From the NCBI GenBank assembly GCA_965203315.1, contig OZ241857.1, forward strand, positions 480,001 through 544,000: a stretch of 64,000 nucleotides of DNA, read 5' to 3'. Shown piece after piece: positions 28,671-41,086 of the stretch. A program made the translations under genes and the position numbers. The stretch's first letter is position 1. The number at the start of each line of letters is the position of its first letter. This stretch comes from Nitrosopumilus sp. GTDB lineage: Archaea > Thermoproteota > Nitrososphaeria > Nitrososphaerales > Nitrosopumilaceae. The notes under the pieces were generated by a model that saw nothing but the letters and a program-made list of their open reading frames with translations, searched no databases and had not been told where the DNA came from.

Positions 28671-28948
28671 TCCATATGTAGTTATACATACCATAATATA
28701 ACCTATGTGATAACCTAACTGAAAGATTCTGTAAACTTGGCGGGTGGTGGTTTTTTCATAAAAACTCAGCTCTGTTCAATGAATATTTTTGCAATATGAT
28801 GGTTTAGGGATGGTCTACATGAAAACACACCATATGTACAATTCGGAATCAATTTCACATTAAAATTAAAGCTTGTTGTACTGAAATGTTGTTTTTTACT
28901 ACAAAATGAACAAGATTCTGACAATCAAAAGTTAGAAATCATTAAAAA

Positions 28949-30028
28949 TCAAAGGTTTGCAAGTATTTGTTTTTTAATTATTCGCAAGTTATGTGCGGCA
29001 ACCCTAAATAACAATTCTTGAACCATGTGTTCCCACAATATCGATTTTAGACCTTCGCCAAACAGACGCTTCATTGTAGAAAATACACCTTCCGATGCAG
29101 AGCGCTCACCATAACCGTTTTTTCTCCCCCATCTTGCTTGATTTTTTAATCTATCTTTTTTTGTGATCTTTGTTACATCTTTGCATTTTGAGCCAAAAGT
29201 TAACTGAATCTGAGCAGTTTTACTTCTAACAGTTTCAAGATATGTTTTGGCAGTGTATCTTATTGGAATTATTGGTTTAATCCCACGCTTTTTACAGTAC
29301 TCAAAGATTTCAACTGTGTCGTAGCCTTTATCAGCTAGAATTTTAATCTCTATGTCATTAATATTACAACATTTTTGGAGCATACCAAGCGCAAATTCAA
29401 CGAGTTCAATAAATTGAGATGAATCTGCTTCAGAATCGGTTGTAATGGTACATCCTAGTATTGCCTTTGTTTTTACGTCTATGATTGGGTGTAATTTAAC
29501 AAATCCTTTCTTCTTTACTTTGTCCTTTTCTTTCTCGAACCTAAACTCGATCCATCTACCGCCTGCGTGTTGTGTAAATCCAGAGGCATCCAGGGAAAGA
29601 ATGACTTCTTTAAAATGATCTGCAACTACGATATCATTTAAAATGTCTACCTCCTTGTCATTTATTCTAGTAAATAATGTAGTATAAGCTGGTATATCGA
29701 AATCAGGAAAAAATCGTTTTAATTCGTCTTCTAATTCTCTATATGATAATCCTCGCTTAGCTCTTATCATTGCAGCACATCTCAAAAAAGATTCCGAATA
29801 GGCGTATTGACCGCCACGTTTCTTTGCGTTCATCTTTTTTAATTCTTTACTAAACAGTTCTGCAAGTTCCTCAATATCGATTACTCCAAATTCAAATAAT
29901 AACAAAACATATCTGACTGTTGAACCATTACTAAGTTGCTTTGCTATTCTTCTTATTTTATTTCTTTCTTTATTTTGAACTTTTTTATCTTTTAAAACTT
30001 TGAATGTTGACTTGTTTTTACGTTTCAA
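28949..30028 (-). CDS. IS5-family (IS903-like) transposase
   Basis: LDASGF, GFVKLH, LADKGYD, YGERSASEGVFSTMK. Confidence 0.9.
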   Translation of the reverse strand: MKRKNKSTFKVLKDKKVQNKERNKIRRIAKQLSNGSTVRYVLLLFEFGVIDIEELAELFSKELKKMNAKKRGGQYAYSESFLRCAAMIRAKRGLSYRELEDELKRFFPDFDIPAYTTLFTRINDKEVDILNDIVVADHFKEVILSLDASGFTQHAGGRWIEFRFEKEKDKVKKKGFVKLHPIIDVKTKAILGCTITTDSEADSSQFIELVEFALGMLQKCCNINDIEIKILADKGYDTVEIFEYCKKRGIKPIIPIRYTAKTYLETVRSKTAQIQLTFGSKCKDVTKITKKDRLKNQARWGRKNGYGERSASEGVFSTMKRLFGEGLKSILWEHMVQELLFRVAAHNLRIIKKQILANL

Positions 30029-30199
30029 TATCTTGTAGAAAATAGATACCCTATATAGATCTTTTCATTTAATTTTAAAATTACATCACAAAAAATGAAA
30101 TCATAATTAAAAGCAAACTAACATGCAATTTAATTTCATAATCTCTAATCATCTTCGAATTTGACGCAGTTGAGTATCAACTAATGAGAAATTTTGCGG

Positions 30200-31189
30200 T
30201 TTTGTGCCTATTCATTGAACAGAGCATAATATATGCCAACTTTGATCTTTCTTTTTAGTTGATGCCAATACTCTTCGATTGCATTAAGTTCTGGTACTGC
30301 TGTTGACAAAACAGCAACTCGAGACCTATTTTTTTGGCATGTGCTATAATTTTTGGTGATGTATGCCACGGCGCCTGATCTAATATCCAACCTGATTTTT
30401 TGTGTCGCTTAATAAAACCGTCCATGAATTTCATCATTGTTTGGTTATTTGCTCTCTCATGTAGTTCAAAGTATTGTTCTCCATTCTCCCCTATTGCTCC
30501 AAAGATTACTATTTTTTTTTTGCCAGAGTTCGTAGTGGGCACAAATATTTCTACTCCTCGTTCTGCCCAAAATACTCTGCCTTTGAGAGTTGCGCGACTT
30601 GTTGTTGACTGATCCATAGAAAATATAATGTAACCACGTTTTCTTAGACGTGAAATCTCTTTAGAACGTGCTCTTTGTACTTTCTTTATCTCTCTGGTTG
30701 TAGCTCGATGCGCATAATATATTTGAGCAACTTTGGAAGACCGATCAAGCTTTCTCATCCTGTACCGTAAACTATCTCCATGATACTCTACACCTGTCTT
30801 TTCTTTGACTATGCTTTTCATCTCTAATGGAAATGTAGGCTTTTGTTCATCAATCAATTTTTCAAGTATTTCGTCTGATACTTTTGGCGGTCTTCCATAA
30901 GAGGTTGGTCTTTCAGACCTGTGATTCCGTCTTTGTTGTACTTGTTGATCCAAATGTAAATTGTTGGTTCGCTAACTCCAAAGATTTCTGCCACATGTAC
31001 TTTTGTGTGTTTGTGAACCAAAACCATCTTTACAGCTACAATCCTATCACGTATCTGTTTGTATTCACTGCTTCTGCAGGCCTGAAAGAGATCCTCATAT
31101 TTCTGAACCATGATATTCTGTATAGAAATTGAGTAATACAATACAATGTCAAGAAAATTTGACCATAAAATTACTTTTTCCGAACACTA
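30200..31189 (-). mobile_element. IS630-family element, frameshifted (second copy)
   Basis: Inverted near-identical copy of 23909-24825; distal end not resolved. Confidence 0.88.
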
Positions 31190-31587
31190 TATGAAGTCTA
31201 GGATTTATAAGTAATGTGTGTTGACTATACTTCATGTCTACATCAGATTGGAATGAACAGGATTTGGAAATCTGTAGAAGATATGACGAAAAAGTGAAAC
31301 AGGGGAAAATGGGATACACCAGAGTTAAAGTAAAATAGGTGTTCATTTTTCGGTTCTTTTAACTTATCGGGGGTATTTGAAATTTAGGAAATCTCTTGGA
31401 AATTTGCTGTCGGTGGCGACCCTACAAACGATTCACAAAAAATTACACATTATTAAACAATTCATCTTGAATTATTTAAATTTTCGATATTTGGGTTCTG
31501 TTGCATCTTCGAGACCTGCTAATTCAAACATAAAAGATCACAAGATCGGAATCAATCCAAGATCCCATATCAATTGAAACCCAGATC

Positions 31588-32775
31588 TTGAGCACTAGTT
31601 TGCATACCATTCATACTGTTCAGATTGACAAGATCGCATATGTTTATAAACACACACATCTCCCAAAAGTAAGAATGAAAATTCTAATCTTGAGTCTTAC
31701 TGCAGTATTGAGTATCATATCATTTGGTCTAGTAGATAGTGCGTATGCAGAACACCCAGCTGAAAATCCCAACGATAACATTGCAATAGATGTTAGAATC
31801 AACAACTGTACCAGCTTTACCATATTTGGAAATGCAGATGAACATGGATTACTTACTGCACACATGTATTTTGTTGAATATCTTGACAACAATCGTAGTT
31901 TTCAATACGCTTCTATATTTCCACTTAACATAGTAAATGGGGTTTTTGAACATACATACACATTACCAATATCAGTAAACCATTGGACAATGATGGACTA
32001 TAATCACAACGTAACAGAAACGTTTTCTACCATAGTGAAAACGGTAGATGAAATACATCAAGGAGAAATACAAATACGCCCTCAATACATATACCAAAAA
32101 CCACATAGAACATATTTAGTAACATATGAAACTAATTCACTACCAACTTTTTCCATTCTTGTTAGAACCAATCCAGATACTAATCAACTATGTTTTTACA
32201 ACGCACCAAAACTATCCAAACCTCTTGCTGATTTTGTAAAAGAAGATGATAATCCACAGACATATGTAGATCGATACAACGATGAAGAAGACCCATTTAA
32301 GAATTGGTTCGATGCAAACTATCCCCAGTACGACTCCATCTATGAAGCAGTTGGTTTACACCACCCTTCAGTTATACCACCTTTAACACCAATAGAACAA
32401 CCAAAGACCAAACTACAGATAGCTAATGAACAGATAGATGAATTAGAAACCAAGAAAGAGAAACAGAAAGACAAAAAAGACCAATGGAAACAACGAATGC
32501 AAGAATTCAAAGAGGATTTGAGAATGGCATTTGACACAGATACCAAGACTAAAGAACACTTGATACAATTAGCAGAATCATGCAAAGATGCCACAACCGA
32601 ACTATCTGATTTACAGTCTAGATTTACTATACTAGAATCAAACTCTACACAAACTCAATCTCAACTGAATGAAGCCTTGTTTACCATAGAGAAATTGACA
32701 ACAGAACTGAATGAAGCCAAAAAGAAGATAGAAGAAGTAGAGACCGAGAATCAAGAATTACGAGATGCAAGTTGA
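31588..32775 (+). CDS. Secreted protein with C-terminal coiled coil (passenger)
   Basis: Signal peptide from likely start MKILILSL (31675); DPQxYVDRY..WFD.NYP-like module; long heptad tail. Confidence 0.8.
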   Translation: MSTSLHTIHTVQIDKIAYVYKHTHLPKVRMKILILSLTAVLSIISFGLVDSAYAEHPAENPNDNIAIDVRINNCTSFTIFGNADEHGLLTAHMYFVEYLDNNRSFQYASIFPLNIVNGVFEHTYTLPISVNHWTMMDYNHNVTETFSTIVKTVDEIHQGEIQIRPQYIYQKPHRTYLVTYETNSLPTFSILVRTNPDTNQLCFYNAPKLSKPLADFVKEDDNPQTYVDRYNDEEDPFKNWFDANYPQYDSIYEAVGLHHPSVIPPLTPIEQPKTKLQIANEQIDELETKKEKQKDKKDQWKQRMQEFKEDLRMAFDTDTKTKEHLIQLAESCKDATTELSDLQSRFTILESNSTQTQSQLNEALFTIEKLTTELNEAKKKIEEVETENQELRDAS

Positions 32776-34708
32776 TCCCTTTCATCTCACTGATTAAAAT
32801 GAATAAATGTACAATAAAAACAAAATATTGTACAATGCCAACCAATAAACTACTTGCTGCATTAACCCCCGTAGCCATGAGAGATCATTCCAGATCATTC
32901 ATTAGATAAAGAAATTTTAATTGGGGGTGTCCCCCCTTAACAGCACATTCCGATAACAAGGAAAATGACATCAGACTCAATATTGTAAAATTCGTTGAAC
33001 GTCACAAAGATGACAAATATGAGATGGGTGAAGCTCAATTATTTCTATCCGAGTTTCTGCAATGTTTTGGAATCGATCCAAAAGAAGCCAAATTCGAGCA
33101 TCATCCCAAACAGGGATCCAAAGATCGCATAGACATGTTGTTGCCAGGCAAGCTTTTAGTCGAAATGAAATCAGCTAAAAAAGACATCATAGGTGCATTA
33201 AATCAGGCTGAAAGATACAACGGAATGCTACAACGAAGCGATCAACCTGATTTTTTACTTGCATGTAATTTTCAAGGATGGCGACTGCTAGATAAACGAG
33301 ACAATTCAGAATATCCGTTCAACATACATTGGTTGGTAGAGAACATTGGTCTTTTCTACTTTTTACTAGGTAAACCCATATTTGTAAAAACAGATCCAGT
33401 AAATGAAAAAGCTACCAAAATAATGTCCCAAATACATGAATCATTAAAAAAAGATACTGAAAAATCTGGAGAGGGTGCTATTGATTTTCTACTCACTAGA
33501 TTAGCGTTCTGTCTATTTGCAGATAATACAGGTATTTTTGAAACGAATAGTTTTCAAGAATATATCAAGAATGTTAAAAATGGTAGTGATGTTCGCATGA
33601 ATTTAGAGAGATTATTTGAGATATTAGATACACCAAAAGAAAAGAGATCCAAATCCATACGTGAACGATTTAATAAATTTCAATACATAGATGGTGATCT
33701 ATTTAATATGAAAAAAATGAATTTTGATAATCCTAAAGTAAAAATGCGAATTCCAGAGTTTACTGATAAAACACGAGAATTGCTTATTAAAGCAGGTGAA
33801 TATGATTGGTCCAAAGTCAGTCCAGCTATATTTGGTTCCATGTTTCAAAATGTTATTTCAGAAAATGATAAAAAAACTAACAGAGACAGTAGACGTGAGA
33901 TGGGTGCTCACTATACCACAGAAGAAAATATACGTAAGGTTATAGTACCATTGTTTCTCAAAGATCTAAATCATGAATTTAACAAGATTAATGAGTCTAA
34001 TTCTCAAGACAAATTAACAAAGTACAAAGAATTACGAGACAAAATGTCCAAATTAACATTTTTTGATCCTGCGTGTGGGTCGGGTAACTTTTTATCAATA
34101 ACATACAAAGAGTTGAGGCGTCTCGAAATGCGTATAATAACAGAAATGAGAATCATTAACCCTAAAACAAAAATAGAGTCCAAATTGGATGTGCATCAAT
34201 TTTATGGTATAGAGATAAATAGGTTTTCTTCTAAAATAGCAGAAGTATCAATATGGATGATGGATCATTTAATGAATCGTGAATTATCTGTACAGTTTGA
34301 GCTACCTGCGTATAGGTTTCCGCTCGAAAAGAAGCCACATATTCATAATGTGGACGCCCTTGGTGTAAATTGGAATGATATTTTACCTTCTGATAAATGT
34401 GATTATATTTTAGGGAATCCACCATTTGGTGGATATGCCACAATATCTGAAGAACAAAAAATTAGAATAGCATCATTATATAGTAAATATGATATCAAAG
34501 ATGTAAATAAATTAGATTTTGTATGCGGTTGGTTTATCAAATCTGGAGAATACTGCAATGATAAGAATAATACAAAAATAGGTTTAGTTTCTACAAATTC
34601 TATTACACAAGGTGAACAAGTATACCCATTATGGACAATTTTGCTTGATAAATTACAATTATATATAAATTTCGCATACAAATCATTTCCATGGTCATCC
34701 GAAACTAA

Positions 34709-36245
34709 GGAGTTCATGCGAAAGTCGTTTTGAAGACTCGGGACGCCTAGCAACAAAGACATTCCAAATTATAAAGTGATCTCAGGTTTGTGATCTGTGC
34801 AATTGTACAATTATACATGTAGAGTCAAAACAGTGAATTATACCTTGATATCTTACAATATCATTCTATAAATCACAATGTTGGTGCGTATTATTTACGC
34901 AACTATTCGGTGAGATAATTTCATCTTTTTTAGTTTAGCCTGTTTTTTACGGTTTATCTTTACTCTCCATGCTGCAACAAGCTCTTCTAATCTAGGACTA
35001 GGTCTGCCGTGTTCATGATCCCAAAGAACGTGATAGTTGACCAGTGTAGATGCCATCTTGAAGGCATCGTTGTATTGGTCGTCATCTCCTCGGAACATGT
35101 TGAACAAGAGTTTAAACTGCTTTACACATCCAACTACGTGTTCTACTGTGGCGCGTTCACTGTCTATCTTTTTGTTGTATATCTCTTGTTCTTTTGTGAG
35201 TTGCCCACCTTTGGGTTTCTTGTATTTTATGCCTATCTTGGCACCTACAAAGATATCTCGAATCCCTAGGAATCCCAGATCTACTAGAATGTACAGTCTT
35301 TGGCGAAGTGGAGTGTTTGGATCTGTTAACGACATGGACCACTTGCCAAGATTCAGTTTGAGCTCTTTGAATATGCTGAAATCGTGTGTCTTACCAGGAA
35401 ACGTAGGAGACACATGTACTATCAGTCTCTCTTTTGTACACATCAATAGAGTATTTACCGTATGCATCTTTTTTTTGCCTGATTTGTAGTCATTGCGTAT
35501 CTCTCTATCTACGGGTGTTGGAACACGAGTGTGTGATCCATCGAACAAGAATGTATGATCCTTTACCCATTTTGCAAGCTCTTTCTTTGTCTTGCATTTA
35601 CTTATCGCATTTGCCAACTCGTCTGGCGAAAAACCCAAACTTTGAAAAAACTGATTCATGTATGTACAGTACCGGGACACATTACTCTGATCTATACCAA
35701 ATCTACTGGCAAGATGGCACTGACTGTGACCACTTACCAGTCTCAGAATTGCCAAGAGCATGGCATACTCGGGAGTTAGTTTGGATATTCTTCCACGCAC
35801 TATGAGAACATTACGAAACTGTCTGTGAACATCTGCTGCCGGTATCCATTCTATAAACAGGCCGAGCAAAAAGTTAAACATGTCAAAATCCAGCTTTGTA
35901 TGCTCCCATAGAGTCTTTTCATTGCTAAGAATATTCTTACATGGAGGGAGCTCGAGTTCTTTTTTTGCTGCTTTGAGCTGTTCTTCTGCTATATCTGCAC
36001 GTTCTTCGGCTGCTTTGAGTCGTTGTTCAAGCACTAGTTCCTTGTTCGAGTTAGCCATACTCTTGTTTATTCAAATTGGTATTTACCATAGAGTGTCTTA
36101 AAAAATTGTCTTGTTGCGTATTCTATTTTTGGTTAATTTTTTACTCCTCCTCAGATACACGAAACCCGCAATAACTCGGAGAATTTAGTCAGATTTGACC
36201 CATCACACATCATATGTGCCTGAAAATGACTTTCGCATGAACTCC
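34709..36245 (-). mobile_element. IS5-family (ISL2/Harbinger-like) element
   Basis: TIR ggagttcatgcgaaagtc; TAA target duplication. Confidence 0.93.
34895..36058 (-). CDS. IS5-family transposase (HTH + DDE)
   Basis: FDGS, YKSGKKKMH, DLGFLG, ERATVEH. Confidence 0.92.
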   Translation of the reverse strand: MANSNKELVLEQRLKAAEERADIAEEQLKAAKKELELPPCKNILSNEKTLWEHTKLDFDMFNFLLGLFIEWIPAADVHRQFRNVLIVRGRISKLTPEYAMLLAILRLVSGHSQCHLASRFGIDQSNVSRYCTYMNQFFQSLGFSPDELANAISKCKTKKELAKWVKDHTFLFDGSHTRVPTPVDREIRNDYKSGKKKMHTVNTLLMCTKERLIVHVSPTFPGKTHDFSIFKELKLNLGKWSMSLTDPNTPLRQRLYILVDLGFLGIRDIFVGAKIGIKYKKPKGGQLTKEQEIYNKKIDSERATVEHVVGCVKQFKLLFNMFRGDDDQYNDAFKMASTLVNYHVLWDHEHGRPSPRLEELVAAWRVKINRKKQAKLKKMKLSHRIVA

Positions 36246-37321
36246 TAAGAACAAGGCTGCGGTATCAGTTATCATATTGGGTTTGTCCAAAATAAATGAG
36301 CCAATAAAATATCTTTATGATAACGGATCGAATAAAAATTGTACATATATTACACCATATCTTAATAATACAAATAAAAAAAGACCAATTGTTCAATTAA
36401 GTAAAAAAATAAACAAATTACCAGAAATGGTTTTAGGAATATCACCATTAGATGAAGGTCATTACATTTTTTCTAAAGAAGAAAGAGATGAATTTTTAAA
36501 GAAAGAACCAAAAGCCAAAAAATATATGATGCCATTCTTAGATGGTAGGACATTCATTAATGGAGGAATGAGATATATTTTGGCATTGCAAGATTGTCCT
36601 CCTAATGAACTACGAAAAATGTCACATGTTGTGGAGCGAGTAAAATTAGTTAAAGAGTTTCGCTCAAAGAGTAAACGCAACAGAACAAAAAAACTGGCAG
36701 ATACTCCTTTACTATACGATACTAATAACAAATTACCTGACAAATCATTTTTAGTTATACCACGAGTTAGTTCTGAGCATAGAAAGTATGTACCAATTGA
36801 TTTTATAGAACCACCAACAATTCCAATGGAAAAGCTTAGAATTATACCAAATGCTACTTTAGAGATCTTTGGACTATTAACTAGTAAAATGCACATGATT
36901 TGGTTGGCAAGTATAGGTGGTAGATTAGGTACTGGATTTAGTTATTCAACAAGCGTATATAACACATTTCCTGTTCCAAATGGAAACTGGTGTAAATTAA
37001 AAAAATATGCACAAGACATATTGGATATTCGTGATCAATATGAAAAATCCACAATGGCAGATCTATACGACCCAGACACAATGCCACATGAATTGCTTAA
37101 AGCCCATCATACATTAGATAAAATAGTAGAAAAACTATATCGTGACAAACCATTTAAAGACGATGATGAGAGACTAGAATTCTTATTAAATGAATATGTT
37201 AGAATAGTTGGGACAGAAACAACAATAGAAGAATATCCAACATAAATCCAAAATATACTAATCACACAAACAACAGTATCTCCCAACTCTTTATATTATA
37301 TCACGACGCTTCGTCCCCGCA

Positions 37322-38443
37322 ATGAACGCAAGAACTCAGAAATCGATAGAGATCATGAACACGGAAGGACATTGTTCCCAGATCGATAGAGACACGTTTA
37401 GTGTCAGATCTCAGACCAACCACGACATACGGTACAACGTATCAAGAACGGATCGCGGTCTAGTATGTGAGTGTCCCGATCACCGATACCGCAAAGCAGA
37501 TTGCAAACACATCAAGGTTGTTCTACACATTATAAAAAAGAACAAGTGTTGGCAGAATAACACTGTTCGAGTCATGGAACGATCTCAACTACTCTTATGT
37601 AAGAAATGCGATTCTGGTAGAACAATCAAAAAGGGATTCCGAAACACAAAGAGAGGCAAAGTACAATTGTTTTGGTGCAAAGATTGCAAAAGTCGTTTTA
37701 CCCCCAATCACGGCTTTGAGAAAAAACAGTTTGATGATGAAATCATAACTGACACAATGCAGATATACAATCAGGGGAACTCTGTAAGAGACATTGCAAA
37801 CCACTTTGAGATGAAGGGAATCAATGTAAACCCTAGTACCATATATCGCTGGGTATCAGAGTATGGCAAAGAATCATGTGTGTATCTTGATAGTATCATA
37901 CCGCGAGTTGGTAAATGGTATCGAGCCGACGAGTTATACCTCAAGATATCGGGACAGCAACGACACTTGTACAGTTCCATGGACGATGATACCAGATACT
38001 GGATCACTCACGAACTAGCTGATTCCAAGTACATGCATAACACAGATCAGTTTCTACATCAGACTCTGGAACAAACTGGCAAACGACCAACTAATTTCAT
38101 AACTGATGGTCTACCTGCATACGAAAAGTCTAGCAAACGTGTATTCGGCAAAGAGACACGACACATCAAACACATTCACTTGACAGGCAAACGATCAAGA
38201 GATAACAACAACAAGATGGAACGATTGAATGGTACAATCCGAGATCGAGAGGTAGCATTTCGAGGACTCAAGAACGACGATACAAACCTCATCGATGGAT
38301 TCAGAACATTCTACAACTGTACCAAAAAACATGAGGGTCTGGGAGGCAAGACTCCAGCTGAAGAAGCACTGATCTTGATCGATGGACCCAACAAGTGGAA
38401 GACGATCATTCAGAATGCGAGTCTGTACAAGAGATCGTTTTAA
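37322..38443 (+). CDS. IS6-family transposase with N-terminal SWIM and Zn ribbon
   Basis: CECPD..CKH; ADELY, ITDG, NNKMERLNG. Confidence 0.9.
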   Translation: MNARTQKSIEIMNTEGHCSQIDRDTFSVRSQTNHDIRYNVSRTDRGLVCECPDHRYRKADCKHIKVVLHIIKKNKCWQNNTVRVMERSQLLLCKKCDSGRTIKKGFRNTKRGKVQLFWCKDCKSRFTPNHGFEKKQFDDEIITDTMQIYNQGNSVRDIANHFEMKGINVNPSTIYRWVSEYGKESCVYLDSIIPRVGKWYRADELYLKISGQQRHLYSSMDDDTRYWITHELADSKYMHNTDQFLHQTLEQTGKRPTNFITDGLPAYEKSSKRVFGKETRHIKHIHLTGKRSRDNNNKMERLNGTIRDREVAFRGLKNDDTNLIDGFRTFYNCTKKHEGLGGKTPAEEALILIDGPNKWKTIIQNASLYKRSF

Positions 38444-38702
38444 CCTTTCTTTTTTATACACAAACGTTAAGGTAGATTTCATAATCATTCGTCTAAAATT
38501 CGCAGGTCTCGAAGATGCAACAGAACCGATATTTGGAGTATAAATTATGTAATTTTTTAGTTTTTTATCATGATAATTTTGCTGAGTATAATTCCACGAA
38601 CTCCCCCAAATTCCAAATACCCCCAGATAAGTTAAAAGAACCTATTGATCTATGGCGTTGTTCATGTTCACATAATATTCTGATCTTTTGTTTAATGTTT
38701 AT

Positions 38703-39650
38703 CTAATTTGTACTTGACTGATCTATGATTTTACGCAAGACTCGAATATGTTCTGGTGTTGTTCCACAACAACCACCTATGATACGAATCTTTCTGTAGC
38801 GTTTAACAAAGTCTCTTAAAATCTCACCCATGCTCTCTGGAGTCATAGCGTATATTGCAGTTCCTCCATCATTCTCAGGCATTCCTGCATTTGGTACCAC
38901 GAGGATACCGTGCTCATCTTGCTCATCGAGCCATGCTACACTGGGTGTCATCTCTACCGGACCTGTAGAACAGTTTAAGCCAAAGATATCTATTCCCATA
39001 TCGGATACGGTGGTATATGCAGCTTGAATAGTTGTTCCAAGCAACATCTTGCCATATTGATCTAGTGTAACATTTGCAATGATCGGCACTTTGCTATCTG
39101 TCTCTGACATGGCTTGTTGTGATGACTCGATCGCAAGTTTTACTTCTAGTATATCTTGACTGGTCTCGATCAGTAGTGCATCTACGCCTCCGAGAATTAG
39201 ACCTTTGGCTTGTAGTTTGAATGCATCACGAATATCATCTAGTGTTATCTGACCCAAATCTGGATCATCAGAACTAGGTAAGAATCCTGTTGGTCCCATA
39301 GAGCCAATCACATAACGATCAGCGTACTTGTCAGCTGTGTCACGTGCAAGTTTTGCAATATCGTGATTGATCTCTACAGTTCTATCGCCAAATCCGTACT
39401 CGTCTAGCTTTATCTTGTTTGATCCAAAAGAGTTTGTCTCGATGCAATCTGCTCCCGCAGCTAGATAACTATCATGAATTGCGGTAATCCATTCTGGATG
39501 TGTCAATACTAGTCCATCGTTAAAGCCAGCCTGATCATTTGGAAAGTCTCGTGGTTCTGGATTGTATCTCTGTATCTCTGTTCCCATCGCTCCGTCGAAT
39601 AACAACACTCTGGACTCTAGCGCAGATAGGAATGGTGTCTTGTTTGGCAA
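38703..39650 (-). CDS. Homocysteine S-methyltransferase domain (split methionine synthase)
   Basis: DGAMGT, IETNSFG, GLNC, PNAG, IGGCCGTTP. Confidence 0.93.
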   Translation of the reverse strand: MPNKTPFLSALESRVLLFDGAMGTEIQRYNPEPRDFPNDQAGFNDGLVLTHPEWITAIHDSYLAAGADCIETNSFGSNKIKLDEYGFGDRTVEINHDIAKLARDTADKYADRYVIGSMGPTGFLPSSDDPDLGQITLDDIRDAFKLQAKGLILGGVDALLIETSQDILEVKLAIESSQQAMSETDSKVPIIANVTLDQYGKMLLGTTIQAAYTTVSDMGIDIFGLNCSTGPVEMTPSVAWLDEQDEHGILVVPNAGMPENDGGTAIYAMTPESMGEILRDFVKRYRKIRIIGGCCGTTPEHIRVLRKIIDQSSTN

Positions 39651-39870
39651 GTTGATCTAGAGTGATTTGTATATGATTTAATTTTTATGTATATTGTGCT
39701 TCACTAGATCGACTCTTTTATAGCAGAGATAGTTCTAGTAATATCGATCTACAACCATGACGTTGTAAAACAGAATTCTAGAACGCACATATAACTCGAC
39801 AGACCACAAGTACATCAAGTATACCGAATCTATTGATTCACAGAATCTAGAATGTTGAAATTAGCCTACA

Positions 39871-40989
39871 ATGTCACGAATTGTAACATTAATGCAACAT
39901 GTTCAAGTTAACAACCTAATTCGAGCTGCAACGTTCTTTCAGAATGCTGGTATCGCCATAGTCTTTGTATTTATGCCAATAATTGCACGTGACGTTACTA
40001 GTTCGATACTAGAGATTGGTCTAGTAGTGGCATCTTTTAGTTTTGCACAAATTCTAGCAGAGATGTATTTTGGTAGGTACTCTGACAAGCTGGGAGTCCG
40101 ACTATTGTTTATACGGGTGGGCTTTATTGGCTGCGCAATAGCGTTTGGCCTACACATATTTGCAGATGATCTCACTACCTTGTTTCTTGCAAGAGTCGGT
40201 GCAGGAATAGCAAGTGGCATAATGATTCCGGCTCTGATAGCATATGCATATGAAGCAAACATTCAAGCAAAACGAGCCGCGACCATAGTGTCTTTTCATG
40301 CACTAGGGTGGCTAGTAGGTATTGGAGCAGGAGGTTTTGTAACCGAACTAGATATGATCTTTTTGATCAGTGCGGCTGCGTTTCTAGTGGGTTTGGCGTT
40401 TACTGCTAGATTGCCTAGCCCAAAACAGCAGATCGAAGAGTCGGGTGCAACTAGACGCATAATCAGAGAGAACAAGTTCCTCTTTCTATCTCTGTTACTG
40501 CGTCATACTGGCGCAACATCTGTCTGGACGATCCTTCCTATAATGATAGTTGAAGAGCTGGGCGGTCAAATATTTCACATCTCTGTAGTGTATGTCGCAA
40601 ACACGCTAACTGCTTTCATACTGATGAATCTGATGGCAAGTAGAATAAAGATATCTGATGTAACAAAGTTCAAGATTGGAATAGGCTGTACTGCGTTTGT
40701 CTTTGTAGGATTGTCATTTGCAACAGAGTGGTGGATGACTATGCCGTTTATGTCTCTGGTCGGCGCAACGTGGGCATTTCTGTTTATTGGTGGCAACTTT
40801 TATCTCATGGCAAACAATCCTCACTCTACATCTACGGGAATATTCAGTTCAACCATATCTATTGCAACTGTTATCGGCCCTGTGATATCTGGGATGATAG
40901 CATTTGCGTATGGATATACGTGGGTCATGTACTTTGCAATTGCAGTGATCGTCTGTGCCTTTATGATATCGCTCAAGATAAAGGGTTAG
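39871..40989 (+). CDS. MFS transporter
   Basis: Many TM helices; GRYSDKLG motif A. Confidence 0.9.
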   Translation: MSRIVTLMQHVQVNNLIRAATFFQNAGIAIVFVFMPIIARDVTSSILEIGLVVASFSFAQILAEMYFGRYSDKLGVRLLFIRVGFIGCAIAFGLHIFADDLTTLFLARVGAGIASGIMIPALIAYAYEANIQAKRAATIVSFHALGWLVGIGAGGFVTELDMIFLISAAAFLVGLAFTARLPSPKQQIEESGATRRIIRENKFLFLSLLLRHTGATSVWTILPIMIVEELGGQIFHISVVYVANTLTAFILMNLMASRIKISDVTKFKIGIGCTAFVFVGLSFATEWWMTMPFMSLVGATWAFLFIGGNFYLMANNPHSTSTGIFSSTISIATVIGPVISGMIAFAYGYTWVMYFAIAVIVCAFMISLKIKG

Positions 40990-41086
40990 GCTAGATGATG
41001 ATACAGTAAATTTAAGTTGAACCTTTATGATATCGCTCAAAGGTTAGGTTAGACATTATCATGTTCTAAAACTTTATGATATCTGT

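Larger units (their letters stand above)
33024..37245 (+). pseudogene. MmeI-like Type IIL restriction-modification enzyme interrupted by IS5
   Basis: IDML..VEMK, GAHYT, DPACGSGNFL, GNPPF; removing the IS restores WSSETK|NKAAVSVIILG. Confidence 0.92.
31494..38527 (+). mobile_element. 7.0-kb IS6-family transposon with passenger genes
   Basis: TIR ggttctgttgcatcttcgagacctgc; perfect 8-bp TSD gatatttg (31486-31493, 38528-38535). Confidence 0.92.
31352..38642. mobile_element. Family-3 MITE split by the IS6 transposon (halves 31352-31493 and 38536-38642)
   Basis: Inverted ends ggttcttttaacttatc-ggggtatttg. Confidence 0.8.
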
